The notes under the pieces: generated by a model
What the model was told of the DNA's origin: nothing
Database searches by the model: none
What the model saw: only the letters and a program-made list of their open reading frames with translations
From: Eledone cirrhosa
Lineage: Eukaryota
Length of the DNA stretch: 64,000 bases
Direction of reading: 5' to 3'
Assembly: GCA_964016885.1 (NCBI GenBank)
Contig: OZ024740.1
Coordinates: 24,056,001 to 24,120,000 of the forward strand
Program-made: the position numbers and the translations under genes
Shown here: positions 26,801 to 39,370 of the stretch, one piece after another
Position numbering within the stretch: position 1 is the first letter of the stretch
How the letters are laid out: each line of letters opens with the position of its first letter

Positions 26801-29800
26801 GTTGTTGTGGTGGTGGTGGTTGTCACTGTTGATGTTCCTTTTATGGTTGGTGTTGTTGTTGTTGTTGTTGTGGCGGTGGTTGCCACTGTTGATGTTCCTT
26901 TTATGGTTGTTGTCGTTGTTGTTGTGGCGGTGGTTGCCACTGTTGATGTTCCTTTTATGGTTGTTGTTGTTGTTGTTGTTGTGGCGGCGGTTGCCACTGT
27001 TGATGTTCCTCTTATGGTTGTTGTTGTTGTTGTTGTTGTGGCGGTGGTTGTCACTGTTGATGTTCCTTTTATGGTTGTTGTTGTTGTTGTTGTGGCGGTG
27101 GTTGCCACTATTGATGTTCCTTTTATGGTTGTTGTTGTTGTTGTTGTTGTGGCGGCGGTTGCCACTGTTGATGTTCCTCTTATGGTTGTTGTTGTTGTTG
27201 TTGTTGTGGCGGTGGTTGTCACTGTTGATGTTCCTTTTATGGTTGTTGTTGTTGTTGTTGTGGCGGTGGTTGCCACTATTGATGTTCCTTTTATGGCTGT
27301 TGTTGTTGTTGTTGTTGTGGCGGCGGTTGCCACTGTTGATGTTCCTCTTATGGTTGTTGTTGTTGTTGTTGTTGTGGCGGTGGTTGTCACTGTTGATGTT
27401 CCTTTTATGGTTGTTGTTGTTGTTGTTGTGGCGGTGGTTGCCACTATTGATGTTCCTTTTATGGTTGTTGTTGTTGTTGTTGTTGTGGCGGCGGTTGCCA
27501 CTGTTGATGTTCCTCTTATGGTTGTTGTTGTTGTTGTTGTTGTGGCGGCGGTTGCCACTGTTGATGTTCCTCTTATGGTTGTTGTTGTTGTTGTTGTTGT
27601 TGTGGCGGTGGTTGTCACTGTTGATGTTCCTTTTATGGTTGTTGTTGTTGTTGTTGTTGTGGCGGCGGTTGCCACTGTTGATGTTCCTCTTATGGTTGTT
27701 GTTGTTGTTGTTGTTGTGGCGGTGGTTGTCACTGATGATGTTCCTTTTATGTTTGTTGTTGTTGTTGTTGTGGCGGTGGTTGCCACTGTTGATGTTCCTT
27801 TTATGGTTGTTGTTGTTTTTGTTGTTGTGGCGGTGGTTGTCACTGTTGATGTTCCTTTTATGGTTGTTGTTGTTGTTGTTGTGGCGGTGGTTGCCACTAT
27901 TGATGTTCCTTTTATGGTTGTTGTTGTTGTTGTTGTTGTGGCGGTGGTTGTCACTGTTGATGTTCCTTTTATGGTTGTTGTTTTTGTTGTTGTGGCGGTG
28001 GTTGCCACTATTGATGTTCCTTTTATGGTTGTTGTTGTTGTTGTTGTTGTTGTGGCGGTGGTTGTCACTGTTGATGTTCCTTTTATGGTTGTTGTTGTTG
28101 TTGTTGTGGTGGTGGTGGTTGTCACTGTTGATGTTCCTTTTATGGTTGTTGTTGTTGTTGTTGTTGTTGTGGCGGTGGTTGCCACTGTTGATGTTCCTTT
28201 TATGGTTGTTGTTGTTGTTGTTGTGGCGGTGGTTGCCACTGTTGATGTTCCTTTTATGGTTGTTGTTGTTGTTGTTGTTGTGGCGGTGGTTGTCATTGTT
28301 GATGTTCCTTTTATGGTTGTTGTTGTTGTTGTGGTGGTGGTTGCCACTGTTGATGTTTCTTTTATGGTTGTTGTTGTTGTTGTTGTGGCGGTGGTTGCCA
28401 CTATTGATGTTCCTTTTATCGTTGTTGTTGTTGTTGTGGTGGTGGTGGTGGTTGTCACTGTTCTTGTTCCTTTTATGGTTGTTGTTGTTGTTGTTGTGGC
28501 GGTGGTTGCCACTGTTCATGTTCCTTTTATGGTTGTTGTTGTTGTTGTTGTGGCGGTCATTGTCACTGTTCATGTTCCTTTTATGGTTGTTGTTGTTGTT
28601 GTTGTGGCGGTGGTTGTCACTGTTCATGTTCCTTTTATGGTTGTTGTTGTTGTTGTTGTTGTTGTGGTGGTTGCCACTGTTGATGTTCCTTTTATGGTTG
28701 TTGTTGTTGTTGTTGTTGTGGCGGTGGTTGTCACTGTTCATGTTCCTTTTATGGTTGTTGTTGTTGTTGTGCCGGTGGTTGTCACTGTTTATGTTCCTTT
28801 TATGGTTGTTGTTGTTGTTGTTGTGGCGGTGGTTGTCACTGTTCATGTTCCTTTTATGGTTGTTGTTGTTGTTGTTGTGGCGGTGGTTGTCACTGTTCAT
28901 GTTCCTTTTATGGTTGTTGTTGTTGTTGTTGTTGTTGCGGTGGGTGTCACTGTTGATGTTCCTTTTATGGTTGTTGTTGTTGTTGTGGTAGTTGCCACTG
29001 TTGATGTTCCTTTTATGGTTGTTGTTGTTGTTGTTGTTGTGGCGGTGGTTGTCACTGTTGATGTTCCTTTTATGGTTGTTGTTGTTGTTGTTGTGGTGGT
29101 GGTTGCCACCGTTGATGTTACTTTTATGGTTGTTGTTGTTGTTGTTGTGGCGGTGGTTGTTACTGTTGATGTTCCTTTTATGGTTGTTGTTGTTGTTGTT
29201 GTGGCGGTGGGTGTCACTGTTGATGTTCCTTTTATGGTTGTTGTTGTTGTTGTGGTAGTTGCCACTGTTGATGTTCCCTTTATGGTTGTTGTTGTTGTTG
29301 TTGTTGTGGCGGTGGTTGTCACTGTTGATGTTCCTTTTATGGTTGTTGTTGTTGTTGTGGCGGTGGTTGCCACTGTTGATGTTCCTTTTATGGTTGTTGT
29401 TTTTGTTGTTGTGGCGGTGGTTGTCACTGTTGATGTTCCTTTTATGGTTGTTGTTGTTGTTGTTGTGGCGGTGGTTGCCACTGTTGATGTTCCTTTTATG
29501 GTTGTTGTTGTTGTTGTTGTGGCGGTGGTTGCCACTGTTGATGTTCCTTTTATGGTTGTTGTTGTTGTTGTGGCGGCGGTTGCCACTGTTGATGTTCCTC
29601 TTATGGTTGTTGTTGTTGTTGTTGTGGCGGTGGTTGTCACTGTTGATGTTCCTTTTATGGTTGTTGTTGTTGTTGTTGTTGTGGCGGTGGTTGTCACTGT
29701 TGATGTTCCTTTTATGGTTGTTGTTGTTGTTGTTGTGGCGGTGGTTGTCACTGTTGATGTTCCTTTTATGGTTGTTGTTGTTGTTGTTGTTGTGGCGGTG

Positions 29801-32800
29801 GTTGCCACTGTTGATGTTCCTTTTATGGTTGTTGTTGTTGTTGTGGCGGCGGTTGCCACTGTTGATGTTCCTCTTATGGTTGTTGTTGTTGTTGTTGTGG
29901 CGGTGGTTGTCACTGTTGATGTTCCTTTTATGGTTGTTGTTGTTGTTGTTGTTGTGGCGGTGGTTGCCACTGTTGATGTTCCTTTTATGGTTGTTGTTGT
30001 TGTTGTTGTGGCGGTGGTTGCCACTGTTGATGTTCCTTTTATGGTTGTTGTTGTTGTTGTTGTGGCGGCGGTTGCCACTGTTGATGTTCCTCTTATGGTT
30101 GTTGTTGTTGTTGTTGTTGTGGCGGTGGTTGTCACTGTTGATGTTCCTTTTATGGTTGTTGTTGTTGTTGTGGTGGTGGTGGTTGTCACTGTTGATGTTC
30201 CTTTTATGGTTGGTGTTGTTGTTGTTGTTGTTGTGGCGGTGGTTGCCACTGTTGATGTTCCTTTTATGGTTGTTGTTGTTGTTGATGTTGTGGCGGCAGT
30301 TGCCACTGTTGATGTTCCTCTTATGGTTGTTGTTGTTGTTGTTGTTGTGGCGGTGGTTGTCACTGTTGATGTTCCTTTTATGGTTGTTGTTGTTGTTGTT
30401 GTAGCGGTGGTTGCCACTATTGATGTTCCTTTTATGGTTGTTGTTGTTGTTGTTGTTGTGGCGGCGGTTGCCACTGTTGATGTTCCTCTTATGGTTGTTG
30501 TTATTGTTGTTGTTGTGGCGGCGGTTGCCACTGTTGATGTTCCTCTTATGGTTGTTGTTGTTGTTGTTGTTGTTGTGGCGGTGGTTGTCACTGTTGATGT
30601 TCCTTTTATGGTTGTTGTTGTTGTTGTTGTTGTGGCGGCGGTTGCCACTGTTGATGTTCCTCTTATGGTTGTTGTTGTTGTTGTTGTTGTGGCGGTGGTT
30701 GTCACTGATGATGTTCCTTTTATGTTTGTTGTTGTTGTTGTTGTGGCGGTGGTTGCCACTGTTGATGTTCCTTTTATGGTTGTTGTTGTTTTTGTTGTTG
30801 TGGCGGTGGTTGTCACTGTTGATGTTCCTTTTATGGTTGTTGTTGTTGTTGTTGTGGCGGTGGTTGCCACTATTGATGTTCCTTTTATGGTTGTTGTTGT
30901 TGTTGTTGTTGTGGCGGTGGTTGTCACTGTTGATGTTCCTTTTATGGTTGTTGTTGTTGTTGTTGTGGCGGTGGTTGTCACTGTTGATGTTCCTTTTATG
31001 GTTGTTGTTGTTGTTGTTGTGGTGGTGGTGGTTGTCACTGTTGATGTTCCTTTTATGGTTGTTGTTGTTGTTGTTGTTGTTGTATTGGTGGTTGCCACTG
31101 TTGATGTTCCTTTTATGGTTGTTGTTGTTGTTGTTGTGGCGGTGGTTGCCACTGTTGATGTTCCTTTTATGGTTGTTGTTGTTGTTGTTGTTGTGGCGGT
31201 GGTTGTCACTGTTGATGTTCCTTTTATGGTTGTTGTTGTTGTTGTTGTTGTGGCGGTGGTTGTCACTGTTGATGTTCCTTTTATGGTTGTTGTTGTTGTT
31301 GTTGTTGTTGTGGCGGTGGTTGTCACTGTTGATGTTCCTTTTATGGTTGTTGTTGTTGTTGTTGTGGTGGTGGTTGTCACTGTTGATGTTCCTTTTATGG
31401 TTGTTGTTGTTGTTGTGGCGGTGGTTGTCACTGTTGGTGTACCTTTTATGGTTGTTGTTGTTGTTGTGGCGGTGGTTGCCACTGTTGATGTTCCTTTTAT
31501 GGTTGTTGTTGTTGTTGTTGTGGCGCTGGTTGTCACTGTTGATGTTCCTTTTATGGTTGTTGTTGTTGTTGTTGTTGTTGTGGCGGTGGTTGTCACTGTT
31601 GCTGTTCCTTTTATGGTTGTTGTTGTTGTTGTTGTTGTTGTGGCGGTGGTTGTCACTGTTGATGTTCCTTTTATGGTTGTTGTTGTTGTTGTTGTTGTGG
31701 CGGTGGTTTTCACTGTTGATGTTCCTTTTATGGTTGTTGTTGTTGTTGTTGTTGTGGCGGTGGTTGTCACTGTTGATGTTCCTTTTATGGTTGTTGTTGT
31801 TGTTGTTGTGGCGGTGGTTGTCACTGTTGATGTTCCTTTTATGGTTGTTGTTGTTGTTGTTGTGGTGGTGGTTGCCACCGTTGATGTTCCTTTTATGGTT
31901 GTTGTTGTTGTTGTTGTGGCGGTGGTTGTCACTGTTCATGTTCCTTTTATGGTTGTTGTTGTTGTTGTTGTGGTGGTGGTTGCCACTGTTGATGTTCCTT
32001 TTATGGTTGTTGTTGTTGTTGTTGTGGCGGTGGTTGTCACTGTTCATATTCCTTTTATGGTTGTTGTTGTTGTTGTTGTGGCGGTGGTTGTCACTGTTCA
32101 TGTTCCTTTTATGGTTGTTGTTGTTGTTGTTGTGGCGGTGGTTGTCACTGTTCATGTTCCTTTTATGGTTGTTGTTGTTGTTGTTGTGGCGGTGATTGTC
32201 ACTGTTCTTGTTCCTTTTATGGTTGTTGTTGTTGTTGTTGTGGCGGTGGTTGTCACTGTTCATGTTCCTTTTATGGTTGTTGTTGTTGTTGTTGTTGTGG
32301 TGGTTGCCACTGTTGATGTTCCTTTTATGGTTGTTGTTGTTGTTGTTGTGGCGGTGGTTGTCACTGTTCATGTTCCTTTTATAGTTGTTGTTGTTGTTGT
32401 TGTGGCGGTGGTTGTCACTGTTCTTGTTCCTTTTATGGTTGTTGTTGTTGTTGTTGTGGCGGTGGTTGTCACTGTTCATGTTCCTTTTATGGTTGTTGTT
32501 GTTGTTGTTGTTGCGGTGATTGTCACTGTTCTTGTTCCTTTTATGGTTGTTGTTGTTGTTGTTGTGGCGGTGGTTGCCACTGTTCATGTTCCTTTTATGG
32601 TTGTTGTTGTTGTTGTTGTGGCGGTGATTGTCACTGTTCATGTTCCTTTTATGGTTGTTGTTGTTGTTGTTGTGGCGGTGGTTGTCACTGTTCATGTTCC
32701 TTTTATGGTTGTTGTTGTTGTTGTTGTTGTTGTGGTGGTTGCCACTGTTGATGTTCCTTTTATGGTTGTTGTTGTTGTTGTTGTGGCGGTGGTTGTCACT

Positions 32801-35800
32801 GTTCATGTTCCTTTTATGGTTGTTGTTGTTGTTGTGGCGGTGGTTGTCACTGTTTATGTTCCTTTTATGGTTGTTGTTGTTGTTGTTGTGGCGGTGGTTG
32901 TCACTGTTCATGTTCCTTTTATGGTTGTTGTTGTTGTTGTTGTGGCGGTGGTTGTCACTGTTCATGTTCCTTTTATGGTTGTTGTTGTTGTTGTTGTTGT
33001 TGCGGTGGGTGTCACTGTTGATGTTCCTTTTATGGTTGTTGTTGTTGTTGTGGTAGTTGCCACTGTTGATGTACCTTTTATGGTTGTTGTTGTTGTTGTG
33101 GCGGTGGTTGTCACTGTTCATGTTCCTTTTATGGTTGTTGTTGTTTTTGTGGCGGTGGTTGCCACTGTTGATGTTCCTTTTATGGTTGTTGTTGTTGTTG
33201 TTGTGGCGGTGGTTGTCACTGTTGATGTTCCTTTTATGGTTGTTGTTGTTGTTGTGGCGGCGGTTGCCACTGTTGATGTTCCTCTTATGGTTGTTGTTGT
33301 TGTTGTTGTGGCGGTGGTTGTCACTGTTGATGTTCCTTTTATGGTTGTTGTTGTTGTTGTTGTGGCGGTGGGTGTCTCTGTTGATGTTCCTTTTATGGTT
33401 GTTGTTGTTGTTGTTGTGGCGGTGGTTGTCACTGTTGATGTTCCTTTTATGGTTGTTGTTGTTGTTGTTGTGGCGGTGGTTGTCACTGTTGATGTTCCTT
33501 TTATGGTTGTTGTTGTTGTTGTGGCGGTGGTTGTCACTGTTGGTGTTCCTTTTATAGTTGTTGTTGTTGTTGTTGTGGCGGTGGTTGTCACTGTTGATGT
33601 TCCTTTTATGGTTGTTGTTGTTGTTGTTGTGGCGGTGGGTGTCTCTGTTGATGTTCCTTTTATGGTTGTTGTTGTTGTTGTTGTGGCGGTGGTTGTCACT
33701 GTTGATGTTCCTTTTATGGTTGTTGTTGTTGTTGTTGTGGCGGTGGTTGTCACTGTTGATGTTCCTTTTATGGTTGTTGTTGTTGTTGTTGTGGCGGTGG
33801 TTGTCACTGTTGATGTTCCTTTTATGGTTGTTGTTGTTGTTGTTGTGGCGGTGGGTGTCTCTGTTGATGTTCCTTTTATGGTTGTTGTTGTTGTTGTTGT
33901 GGCGGTGGTTGTCACTGTTGATGTTCCTTTTATGGTTGTTGTTGTTGTTGTTGTGGCGGTGGTTGTCACTGTTGATGTTCCTTTTATGGTTGTTGTTGTT
34001 GTTGTTGTGGCGGTGGTTGCCACTGTTGATGTTCCTTTTATGGTTGTTGTTGTTGTTGTGGCGGCGGTTGCCACTGTTGATGTTCCTCTTATGGTTGTTG
34101 TTGTTGTTGTTGTGGCGGTGGTTGTCACTGTTGATGTTCCTTTTATGGTTGTTGTTGTTGTTGTTGTTGTGGCGGTGGTTGCCACTGTTGATGTTCCTTT
34201 TATGGTTGTTGTTGTTGTTGTTGTGGCGGTGGTTGCCACTGTTGATGTTCCTTTTATGGTTGTTGTTGTTGTTGTTGTTGTGGCGGCGGTTGCCACTGTT
34301 GATGTTCCTCTTATGGTTGTTGTTGTTGTTGTTGTGGCGGTGGTTGTCACTGTTGATGTTCCTTTTATGGTTGTTGTTGTTGTTGTTGTTGTGGCGGTGG
34401 TTGCCACTGTTGATGTTCCTTTTATGGTTGTTGTTGTTGTTGTTGTGGCGGTGGTTGCCACTGTTGATGTTCCTTTTATGGTTGTTGTTGTTGTTGTTGT
34501 TGTGGCGGCGGTTGCCACTGTTGATGTTCCTCTTATGGTTGTTGTTGTTGTTGTTGTTGTGGCGGTGGTTGTCACTGTTGATGTTCCTTTTATGGTTGTT
34601 GTTGTTGTTGTTGTGGCGGTGGTTGCCACTATTGATGTTCCTTTTATGGTTGTTGTTGTTGTTGTTGTTGTGGCGGCGGTTGCCACTGTTGATGTTCCTC
34701 TTATGGTTGTTGTTGTTGTTGTTGTTGTGGCGGTGGTTGTCACTGTTGATGTTCCTTTTATGGTTGTTGTTGTTGTTGTTGTGGCGGTGGTTGCCACTAT
34801 TGATGTTCCTTTTATGGCTGTTGTTGTTGTTGTTGTTGTTGTGGCGGCGGTTGCCACTGTTGATGTTCCTCTTATGGTTGTTGTTGTTGTTGTTGTTGTG
34901 GCGGTGGTTGTCACTGTTGATGTTCCTTTTATGGTTGTTGTTGTTGTTGTTGTGGCGGTGGTTGCCACTATTGATGTTCCTTTTATGGTTGTTGTTGTTG
35001 TTGTTGTTGTGGCGGCGGTTGCCACTGTTGATGTTCCTCTTATGGTTGTTGTTGTTGTTGTTGTTGTGGCGGCGGTTGCCACTGTTGATGTTCCTCTTAT
35101 GGTTGTTGTTGTTGTTGTTGTTGTTGTGGCGGTGGTTGTCACTGTTGATGTTCCTTTTATGGTTGTTGTTGTTGTTGTTGTTGTGGCGGCGGTTGCCACT
35201 GTTGATGTTCCTCTTATGGTTGTTGTTGTTGTTGTTGTTGTGGCGGTGGTTGTCACTGATGATGTTCCTTTTATGTTTGTTGTTGTTGTTGTTGTGGCGG
35301 TGGTTGCCACTGTTGATGTTCCTTTTATGGTTGTTGTTGTTTTTGTTGTTGTGGCGGTGGTTGTCACTGTTGATGTTCCTTTTATGGTTGTTGTTGTTGT
35401 TGTTGTGGCGGTGGTTGCCACTATTGATGTTCCTTTTATGGTTGTTGTTGTTGTTGTTGTTGTGGCGGTGGTTGTCACTGTTGATGTTCCTTTTATGGTT
35501 GTTGTTTTTGTTGTTGTGGCGGTGGTTGCCACTATTGATGTTCCTTTTATGGTTGTTGTTGTTGTTGTTGTTGTTGTGGCGGTGGTTGTCACTGTTGATG
35601 TTCCTTTTATGGTTGTTGTTGTTGTTGTTGTGGTGGTGGTGGTTGTCACTGTTGATGTTCCTTTTATGGTTGTTGTTGTTGTTGTTGTTGTTGTGGCGGT
35701 GGTTGCCACTGTTGATGTTCCTTTTATGGTTGTTGTTGTTGTTGTTGTGGCGGTGGTTGCCACTGTTGATGTTCCTTTTATGGTTGTTGTTGTTGTTGTT

Positions 35801-38800
35801 GTTGTGGCGGTGGTTGTCATTGTTGATGTTCCTTTTATGGTTGTTGTTGTTGTTGTGGTGGTGGTTGCCACTGTTGATGTTCCTTTTATGGTTGTTGTTG
35901 TTGTTGTTGTGGCGGTGGTTGCCACTATTGATGTTCCTTTTATCGTTGTTGTTGTTGTTGTGGTGGTGGTGGTGGTTGTCACTGTTCTTGTTCCTTTTAT
36001 GGTTGTTGTTGTTGTTGTTGTGGCGGTGGTTGCCACTGTTCATGTTCCTTTTATGGTTGTTGTTGTTGTTGTTGTGGCGGTCATTGTCACTGTTCATGTT
36101 CCTTTTATGGTTGTTGTTGTTGTTGTTGTGGCGGTGGTTGTCACTGTTCATGTTCCTTTTATGGTTGTTGTTGTTGTTGTTGTTGTTGTGGTGGTTGCCA
36201 CTGTTGATGTTCCTTTTATGGTTGTTGTTGTTGTTGTTGTTGTTGTGGCGGTGGTTGTCACTGTTCATGTTCCTTTTATGGTTGTTGTTGTTGTTGTGCC
36301 GGTGGTTGTCACTGTTTATGTTCCTTTTATGGTTGTTGTTGTTGTTGTTGTGGCGGTGGTTGTCACTGTTCATGTTCCTTTTATGGTTGTTGTTGTTGTT
36401 GTGGAGGTGGTTGTCACTGTTCATGTTCCTTTTATGGTTGTTGTTGTTGTTGTTGTTGTTGCGGTGGGTGTCACTGTTGATGTTCCTTTTATGGTTGTTG
36501 TTGTTGTTGTGGTAGTTGCCACTGTTGATGTTCCTTTTATGGTTGTTGTTGTTGTTGTTGTTGTGGCGGTGGTTGTCACTGTTGATGTTCCTTTTATGGT
36601 TGTTGTTGTTGTTGTTGTGGTGGTGGTTGCCACCGTTGATGTTACTTTTATGGTTGTTGTTGTTGTTGTTGTGGCGGTGGTTGTTACTGTTGATGTTCCT
36701 TTTATGGTTGTTGTTGTTGTTGTTGTGGCGGTGGGTGTCACTGTTGATGTTCCTTTTATGGTTGTTGTTGTTGTTGTGGTAGTTGCCACTGTTGATGTTC
36801 CCTTTATGGTTGTTGTTGTTGTTGTTGTTGTGGCGGTGGTTGTCACTGTTGATGTTCCTTTTATGGTTGTTGTTGTTGTTGTGGCGGTGGTTGCCACTGT
36901 TGATGTTCCTTTTATGGTTGTTGTTTTTGTTGTTGTGGCGGTGGTTGTCACTGTTGATGTTCCTTTTATGGTTGTTGTTGTTGTTGTTGTGGCGGTGGTT
37001 GCCACTGTTGATGTTCCTTTTATGGTTGTTGTTGTTGTTGTTGTGGCGGTGGTTGCCACTGTTGATGTTCCTTTTATGGTTGTTGTTGTTGTTGTGGCGG
37101 CGGTTGCCACTGTTGATGTTCCTCTTATGGTTGTTGTTGTTGTTGTTGTGGCGGTGGTTGTCACTGTTGATGTTCCTTTTATGGTTGTTGTTGTTGTTGT
37201 TGTTGTGGCGGTGGTTGTCACTGTTGATGTTCCTTTTATGGTTGTTGTTGTTGTTGTTGTGGCGGTGGTTGTCACTGTTGATGTTCCTTTTATGGTTGTT
37301 GTTGTTGTTGTTGTTGTGGCGGTGGTTGCCACTGTTGATGTTCCTTTTATGGTTGTTGTTGTTGTTGTGGCGGCGGTTGCCACTGTTGATGTTCCTCTTA
37401 TGGTTGTTGTTGTTGTTGTTGTGGCGGTGGTTGTCACTGTTGATGTTCCTTTTATGGTTGTTGTTGTTGTTGTTGTTGTGGCGGTGGTTGCCACTGTTGA
37501 TGTTCCTTTTATGGTTGTTGTTGTTGTTGTTGTGGCGGTGGTTGCCACTGTTGATGTTCCTTTTATGGTTGTTGTTGTTGTTGTTGTTGTGGCGGCGGTT
37601 GCCACTGTTGATGTTCCTCTTATGGTTGTTGTTGTTGTTGTTGTTGTGGCGGTGGTTGTCACTGTTGATGTTCCTTTTATGGTTGTTGTTGTTGTTGTGG
37701 TGGTGGTGGTTGTCACTGTTGATGTTCCTTTTATGGTTGGTGTTGTTGTTGTTGTTGTTGTGGCGGTGGTTGCCACTGTTGATGTTCCTTTTATGGTTGT
37801 TGTTGTTGTTGATGTTGTGGCGGCAGTTGCCACTGTTGATGTTCCTCTTATGGTTGTTGTTGTTGTTGTTGTTGTGGCGGTGGTTGTCACTGTTGATGTT
37901 CCTTTTATGGTTGTTGTTGTTGTTGATGTTGTGGCGGCAGTTGCCACTGTTGATGTTCCTCTTATGGTTGTTGTTGTTGTTGTTGTTGTGGCGGTGGTTG
38001 TCACTGTTGATGTTCCTTTTATGGTTGTTGTTGTTGTTGTTGTAGCGGTGGTTGCCACTATTGATGTTCCTTTTATGGTTGTTGTTGTTGTTGTTGTTGT
38101 GGCGGCGGTTGCCACTGTTGATGTTCCTCTTATGGTTGTTGTTGTTGTTGTTGTTGTGGCGGCGGTTGCCACTGTTGATGTTCCTCTTATGGTTGTTGTT
38201 GTTGTTGTTGTTGTTGTGGCGGTGGTTGTCACTGTTGATGTTCCTTTTATGGTTGTTGTTGTTGTTGTTGTTGTGGCGGCGGTTGCCACTGTTGATGTTC
38301 CTCTTATGGTTGTTGTTGTTGTTGTTGTTGTGGCGGTGGTTGTCACTGATGATGTTCCTTTTATGTTTGTTGTTGTTGTTGTTGTGGCGGTGGTTGCCAC
38401 TGTTGATGTTCCTTTTATGGTTGTTGTTGTTTTTGTTGTTGTGGCGGTGGTTGTCACTGTTGATGTTCCTTTTATGGTTGTTGTTGTTGTTGTTGTGGCG
38501 GTGGTTGCCACTATTGATGTTCCTTTTATGGTTGTTGTTGTTGTTGTTGTTGTGGCGGTGGTTGTCACTGTTGATGTTCCTTTTATGGTTGTTGTTGTTG
38601 TTGTTGTGGTGGTGGTGGTTGTCACTGTTGATGTTCCTTTTATGGTTGTTGTTGTTGTTGTTGTTGTTGTGGTGGTGGTTGCCACTGTTGATGTTCCTTT
38701 TATGGTTGTTGTTGTTGTTGTTGTGGCGGTGGTTGCCACTGTTGATGTTCCTTTTATGGTTGTTGTTGTTGTTGTTGTTGTGGCGGTGGTTGTCACTGTT

Positions 38801-39370
38801 GATGTTCCTTTTATGGTTGTTGTTGTTGTTGTTGTTGTGGCGGTGGTTGTCACTGTTGATGTTCCTTTTATGGTTGTTGTTGTTGTTGTTGTTGTTGTGG
38901 CGGTGGTTGTCACTGTTGATGTTCCTTTTATGGTTGTTGTTGTTGTTGTTGTGGTGGTGGTTGTCACTGTTGATGTTCCTTTTATGGTTGTTGTTGTTGT
39001 TGTGGCGGTGGTTGTCACTGTTGATGTACCTTTTATGGTTGTTGTTGTTGTTGTGGCGGTGGTTGCCACTGTTGATGTTCCTTTTATGGTTGTTGTTGTT
39101 GTTGTTGTGGCGCTGGTTGTCACTGTTGATGTTCCTTTTATGGTTGTTGTTGTTGTTGTTGTTGTTGTGGCGGTGGTTGTCACTGTTGCTGTTCCTTTTA
39201 TGGTTGTTGTTGTTGTTGTTGTTGTTGTGGCGGTGGTTGTCACTGTTGATGTTCCTTTTATGGTTGTTGTTGTTGTTGTTGTTGTGGCGGTGGTTTTCAC
39301 TGTTGATGTTCCTTTTATGGTTGTTGTTGTTGTTGTTGTTGTGGCGGTGGTTGTCACTGTTGATGTTCCT
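20900..39370. repeat. HOR2: two tandem copies of a ~7.5-kb super-unit (~20.9-31.8 kb, enlarged by an internal 3363-bp duplication, and ~31.8-39.4 kb)
   Basis: Head markers recur at +10881 (gttcatattcc at 21161 and 32042; gccacc at ~20996 and ~31877). Tail markers recur at about +7590 (gttttcact near 31707 and 39295; gttgctgttcct near 31601 and 39188). Confidence 0.88.
23530..30256. repeat. Tandem duplication of a 3363-bp unit inside HOR2 copy 1
   Basis: Markers offset by exactly 3363: gtcgtt (23551/26914), gatgat (24371/27734), atggttggt (26849/30212). ORF starts 25629/28992 and 25896/29259 show the same offset. Confidence 0.92.

Noticed and set aside
18990-36430. Selenocysteine or programmed readthrough at the recurrent in-frame TGA
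   Set aside because: The same codon also occurs as TAA, AGA, CCA and GCA, frameshifts break the frame, and no SECIS-like structure is visible in the window.
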